Below, piece by piece: positions 16,299 to 20,011 of a stretch of DNA of 20,011 bases. Below the pieces are notes generated by a model that saw nothing but the letters and a program-made list of their open reading frames with translations, had not been told where the DNA came from and did not search any database. The stretch is from Candidatus Jordarchaeia archaeon (GTDB taxonomy: Archaea; Asgardarchaeota; Jordiarchaeia; Jordiarchaeales; Jordiarchaeaceae), in assembly GCA_029856435.1 (NCBI GenBank), contig JAHQXB010000072.1:1-20011 (forward strand). Direction: 5' to 3'. A program made the translations under genes and the position numbers. Every line of letters begins with the position of its first letter. Position 1 is the first letter of the stretch.

Positions 16299-17069
16299 TC
16301 ACTTCATTTTTTTTATCTTATCTACCAGTTTGGGGAGAAACTCGCCTGCGCTGGCATAGACTCTCACATCTGCGATCTCCTCCATTTGAGTTTCACCCAA
16401 ATTTATTATTACTATTTTGGCCCCATGTCTTTTTGCAATGAGCGGGAACTGGTTGGCAGGAGACACACTAAGCGAGGAACCTATCACCAGCATGATGTCG
16501 CATTTCTGTGCCTGCTTAAGTGATTCCTGCATTTCCCGCTCAGGCATCGGGTCGCCAAAGTTTACCACTGAGGAAATAATTCTACCTGAACACTTGGGAC
16601 AAACTGGTTGATTGGGAACCGGCTGCTCAGTTCTGTAGCCCTTGCCAAATAATAGGTCATTCCACCCTATCTCCTTCTTCGAAAAACGCGCATCACAATT
16701 TATACACTTCATCAAAGTGTAGTTACCGTGAAGCTCGGAGAGAATGTTGGAGGGAATACCTGATTTTAAGTGGAGATTATCGACGTTTTGAGATATAAGA
16801 TATTTCAGTATACCCATACGGTAAAGCTCAACAAGAGCATAGTGACCCGGGTTAGGCTCAATCTGATCCATGGGCTTGGCTGGCAACTTGGGCTTCAAAC
16901 CCTTTGCTTTAAGTGTCCAAACCCCCTCCGGACCCCTATAGTCAGGAAGCCCAGACTCAGTCGAAATACCCGCCCCAGTAAACGCAACCAAATAGGAAGA
17001 ATTAATTATAAGTTCCGCAACCTTTTCCAAATCTTCCACGGTAAACGACAAAAACACTCCATCCTCCAA
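16299..17069 (-). CDS. sir2: NAD-dependent protein deacylase, Sir2 family (SIRT6/7-like N-terminal half)
   Basis: TGAGISTESGLPDYRG, SQNVDNLH, ELHGN, CxxC...CxxC, VVNFGD, GSSL and IINL motifs. The start could be GTG 17057, after GGAGG. Confidence 0.95.
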   Translation of the reverse strand: MEDGVFLSFTVEDLEKVAELIINSSYLVAFTGAGISTESGLPDYRGPEGVWTLKAKGLKPKLPAKPMDQIEPNPGHYALVELYRMGILKYLISQNVDNLHLKSGIPSNILSELHGNYTLMKCINCDARFSKKEIGWNDLLFGKGYRTEQPVPNQPVCPKCSGRIISSVVNFGDPMPEREMQESLKQAQKCDIMLVIGSSLSVSPANQFPLIAKRHGAKIVIINLGETQMEEIADVRVYASAGEFLPKLVDKIKKMK

Positions 17070-17208
17070 TCAATCACTAAAGTTCCAATAACTACACTAA
17101 TTAAAATATTTTTCAGAACCAAATAAACTAATTTCGCTTTCCCCCATCTGTAAAAGACGTGCAATTATACCTCCTATCTCAACACATTCATTGATCCACA
17201 TTTTCATG

Positions 17209-17224
17209 GCACAAAAATTTGTGC
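17209..17224. promoter_or_regulatory. Palindrome GCACAAA-AA-TTTGTGC, candidate transcription-factor site
   Basis: Perfect 7-2-7 inverted repeat midway between the divergent sirtuin and DsbA-like genes. Confidence 0.45.
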
Positions 17225-17325
17225 AGAAAACAAAATAAGAGAAAAAAGGTTTAACCACTTACCGTCTTAAGGTCAGCATGGTAATGTTATGTTGCGTTAA
17301 AAAACAATTAAAAAGAGAATAGCCA

Positions 17326-17351
17326 TTAATATAAATTTCAAGGGTTGAAAT
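17326..17351 (+). promoter_or_regulatory. TATA box followed by a 7-3-7 operator-like palindrome
   Basis: TTAATATAAA (17326-17335), then ATTTCAA-GGG-TTGAAAT (17335-17351), ending 3 nt before TTG 17355. Confidence 0.6.
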
Positions 17352-17354
17352 GCT

Positions 17355-17984
17355 TTGGCTGAAAAAAGTTCCCCTCTCGAAATCATTGTTTTTTCGGATT
17401 ACATTTGCCCATTCTGCCTAGTAGGATACCTCACCCTAAAAAAACTTAAGGAAGAGTACGGTGACAGAATTAGCTTTACCTGGAAGCATTATCCCCTTTA
17501 TCCGGGAACAGTCAAACCCTACTTTTCCGACGAGTACATTCTAAACATTTTTGAGCGTGTAAAGAAACTGGTTGAAGAGAGAGGACTAGAATTTGAGATT
17601 GTTCCCCCCGAGCTTCCTTTTACGCTTCCTGATTCACTGAAGGCCTTTGAGGCCAGTGAGTGCGCCCGAGACCAAGGCAAATTTTGGGAGTTTCACGAAA
17701 AAGTTTTCGAGGCTCTATTCAGGAAACACAAAGACATTGGTAGCACAGAAATCTTGAAAGAAATAGCTGCCAGCATTGGAATAGATGCAGAAAAGTTCGA
17801 AAAATGTCTGAAAAACGGTTCCAAGAAGGATATTATAAAGCAACACTTCCGTGAAGGAAGAAACAGAGGAATCCCCGGAGTCCCCACCTTCATAATAAAG
17901 GGACACGCAGTCATTATTGGAGCCGAACCCTACTCACTCTTCAAAGAAGAAATTGACAGAGCCCTAAGCCTGCAAAACAAATGA
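17355..17984 (+). CDS. DsbA-family (FrnE-like) thioredoxin-fold oxidoreductase
   Basis: FSDYICPFC active site, helical insert (AFEASECARDQGKFWEFH) and cis-Pro loop GVPTF. No signal peptide is evident. Confidence 0.9.
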   Translation: MAEKSSPLEIIVFSDYICPFCLVGYLTLKKLKEEYGDRISFTWKHYPLYPGTVKPYFSDEYILNIFERVKKLVEERGLEFEIVPPELPFTLPDSLKAFEASECARDQGKFWEFHEKVFEALFRKHKDIGSTEILKEIAASIGIDAEKFEKCLKNGSKKDIIKQHFREGRNRGIPGVPTFIIKGHAVIIGAEPYSLFKEEIDRALSLQNK

Positions 17985-18091
17985 AGAAGAATAGACTGGT
18001 ATAGATAAGTAGATGGATCTTGAGAGTTTATTCTCCTTAAACCTACATGGGACTGTTTAGATAACTGTTTATGAATAATATACTATCGAAT

Positions 18092-19399
18092 TTATTCTCC
18101 GTAGCGGCGCCCTAGGGTTTCCGATTTCTCTGCATACTTGTAGCCCCACCTGTCCAGAGCCTTTTTCAGTTCAGGATGAGTCTCTGCATATTTCTCTAGG
18201 GGGATTTTTATCATGGTAGCATCGATGGCCTGTCTCATTGCGGCAGCCCCAGCTCTAGTACCGTCTGGATGGCCATGTATACCACCTCCCGCATTGATCA
18301 CGAGATCCGTACCCAACAATTCAATATTTTTGGGAACTAACGCTGGGTGAATTCCCCCCGAAGCCACGGGCATTACTGGTTTAATTTTGCCCCATTCTCG
18401 AAGTAACACTTCCCCAGACTCCTTTGCTTCAACTACTTCCTCAGGAAGCCCCATTTTTCCAGCCGCTGTTCCACTGTGCAACTGATCCCCTCCCGCAAGT
18501 CTGGTTAATTTGGCTATCACCCTCATATGAACTCCGTGAAGAGGATTCCTAGTGAAGGCGGCGTGAAATGTTCTATGGCAGTGAATAGGAAGCTTCACTG
18601 ATGGATCTTCAGCCAAGTGTTGCAACGCACCTAGGCCAGAGAGCAATATGTCAAGCATAATCATGTTTGCTCCGTTCTCCACCGCATAATCTGCAAACTC
18701 CAACAACCTGTTTAGATTCCCAGTAATGTTTAACGCGTAAAAGACGGTTCTCCCAGTTTCCTCCTTTACCAAGTCTATTTTCTCCATAACCTTAGACAGC
18801 CTCTCCTCCAAGGGGCAGAAGCTCTGAGAAACTAGAGTTTCATCGTCCTTGATAAGATCCACTCCCCCCACTGCCGCTTCGTAGGCCACCTCGGCAGTCT
18901 GTGAGGGATTGAGTCCAACCTTGGGTTTAATTATGGTCCCCAAATGAGGCCTTCTATCCTTCTTGGTGCCCACAATTTCCCGTACGCCCTCTAAACCAAA
19001 TTTTGGTCCCGGAAAACAGGCTAGCACAGATTGGGGGAATTCGGCATCCAGCAGTCTCACATTTTTCAGAGCGGTGAGGCCAAACAGGTTACCCATAATC
19101 ATACTCATTATGTTGGGGATACCCCCATTTTCCAAGTCAAAGAGTTCAACTGGAAACGCTATCTTAACTAGGCCAACCCCCTTCTTCCCTTTCTCTTCGA
19201 ATTGAAAAGCCTTAGCAGCAAGTCTCCGCTGAATATCATTAGTCACAGTTCCAATGTCGGTCCAAGTTCCTATGGATTCTTCTGCTGCTATAGCCTCACC
19301 GGCACCCTCAAGGCTGCCATCAGTCTCCACATAGTAGGTGCAGATAATATGATTTTCAGGATCAATACCAGAAACATCAGAAAAAAATATTCCTTCCAA
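18092..19399 (-). CDS. rbcL: RuBisCO large subunit, Form III-like (catalytic residues retained)
   Basis: AEESIGTWT, GNLFG, IIKPKVG, DLIKDDE, HCHRTFH, DQLHSGTAAGKM, VASGG and AGGGIHGHP motifs. TTG start. Confidence 0.88.
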   Translation of the reverse strand: MEGIFFSDVSGIDPENHIICTYYVETDGSLEGAGEAIAAEESIGTWTDIGTVTNDIQRRLAAKAFQFEEKGKKGVGLVKIAFPVELFDLENGGIPNIMSMIMGNLFGLTALKNVRLLDAEFPQSVLACFPGPKFGLEGVREIVGTKKDRRPHLGTIIKPKVGLNPSQTAEVAYEAAVGGVDLIKDDETLVSQSFCPLEERLSKVMEKIDLVKEETGRTVFYALNITGNLNRLLEFADYAVENGANMIMLDILLSGLGALQHLAEDPSVKLPIHCHRTFHAAFTRNPLHGVHMRVIAKLTRLAGGDQLHSGTAAGKMGLPEEVVEAKESGEVLLREWGKIKPVMPVASGGIHPALVPKNIELLGTDLVINAGGGIHGHPDGTRAGAAAMRQAIDATMIKIPLEKYAETHPELKKALDRWGYKYAEKSETLGRRYGE

Positions 19400-19458
19400 A
19401 ACTATTCCACCACCACATATACTAAAATACAGCTTGTCAAAAATTTTTCGGATGCAAA

Positions 19459-20010
19459 CTAGGATTCCTTTCCTATTACTAGGTCTATGTTTTTAACTTT
19501 TGCCATTCTCCTCATTTCTTTGGCTACGCTGCTGGGTGCGGTTAAAACCCTTAGGAACAGGTATCGGGGCTCCTTTTTGTACTTTCTCTTTGCCGCCTCA
19601 GCCTTCCTCAAAAGCTTGGATACTTCTTCAACACTCTCGGCATGGGCGGTAACCTCACCTACAACTAGGGGCTCCTCACTGAAAAGATTTATCTCCTCCC
19701 CATCCACCACCGCCCTCTCCAAACTGACCCCCACGGGAAGAATTCCCCGCTCCCTGAGAGAGCCACTCATCCAAACCCTCACAAACTCCTCCAAACTCAC
19801 CCCAGCAAACACCCTCATGGAATCAAAACCCACAAAAAGCTCAGACCTAAGATCTACATGACCCTTCTCCAGAGCCTTAATCCTCTCCAACATATCGTTG
19901 AAATCCTTCCTCAACTGCTTAATGTCCTCTTTAATGCCTCTAATCTCTTCCCAGATTTTGAGCTGATCCTCCTTGATGCCCCTAATGTCCTCTTTAATGC
20001 CTCTAATCTC
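19459..20010 (-). CDS. Heptad-repeat coiled-coil protein with C-terminal PD-(D/E)xK-like domain (DUF3782-type architecture), 5'-truncated by the window edge
   Basis: The frame stays open past the called start (19914) to the window end: EIRGIKEDIRGIKEDQLKIWEEIRGIKEDIKQLRKDF... The C-terminus contains EINL...VVGEVT. Confidence 0.75.
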   Translation of the reverse strand, partial: EIRGIKEDIRGIKEDQLKIWEEIRGIKEDIKQLRKDFNDMLERIKALEKGHVDLRSELFVGFDSMRVFAGVSLEEFVRVWMSGSLRERGILPVGVSLERAVVDGEEINLFSEEPLVVGEVTAHAESVEEVSKLLRKAEAAKRKYKKEPRYLFLRVLTAPSSVAKEMRRMAKVKNIDLVIGKES

Positions 20011-20011
20011 T
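19921..20011. repeat. Coding tandem repeat (21-nt heptad units, 63-nt higher-order period)
   Basis: The 28-nt AATGTCCTCTTTAATGCCTCTAATCTCT occurs exactly at 19921-19948 and 19984-20011, with a degenerate unit (GGCATCAAGGAGGAT on the minus strand) between them. Confidence 0.9.

Noticed and set aside
17020-17180. AGGAGGT followed by a TTG ORF of about 52 aa on the minus strand, overlapping the sirtuin start
   Set aside because: RBS spacing is too short, the ORF overlaps a real gene out of frame, and the local G/T skew explains the pattern.
1-20011. tRNA, rRNA, SRP/RNase P RNA, CRISPR array, transposase
   Set aside because: No T-loop/cloverleaf, no conserved SRP or RNase P motifs, no regularly spaced repeats and no DDE/HUH ORF seen.

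Overview
Archaeal genomic window of mainly metabolic genes. Archaeal origin is supported by TATA-box promoters, frequent TTG/GTG starts, a Form III-type RuBisCO and an archaeal heptad-repeat protein. An Asgard-type lineage is plausible but is inference only. Sixteen likely genes, in order: HEAT-repeat protein, lipoate ligase-like protein, APC permease, Mn-dependent pyrophosphatase, a coupled Fe-S/Cys-motif pair, a coiled-coil/Pro-rich protein, BKACE (DUF849), a xylose-isomerase-like TIM barrel, family-4 UDG, tandem GNAT, a DedA-like membrane protein, a GT-C/AglB-like protein, a sirtuin, a DsbA/FrnE-like protein, RuBisCO and a 5'-truncated heptad-repeat protein. Highlights the ORF track does not show: (1) two diverged copies (~67% identical) of a ~107-bp MITE, each with terminal inverted repeats and its own target-site duplication, on either side of the HEAT gene; (2) a sirtuin whose N-terminal half has the short SIRT6/SIRT7 (class IV) architecture; (3) a gene-scale sawtooth G+T/A+C skew that resets at intergenic regions whichever strand the gene is on; (4) a 132-nt long-hairpin element at 1910-2041; (5) a Pro-rich protein ending in a beta-thymosin/WH2-like motif; (6) a possibly paralogous, translationally coupled Fe-S gene pair of unknown function. 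All calls come from reading the sequence by eye and from recalled family motifs; no searches were run.
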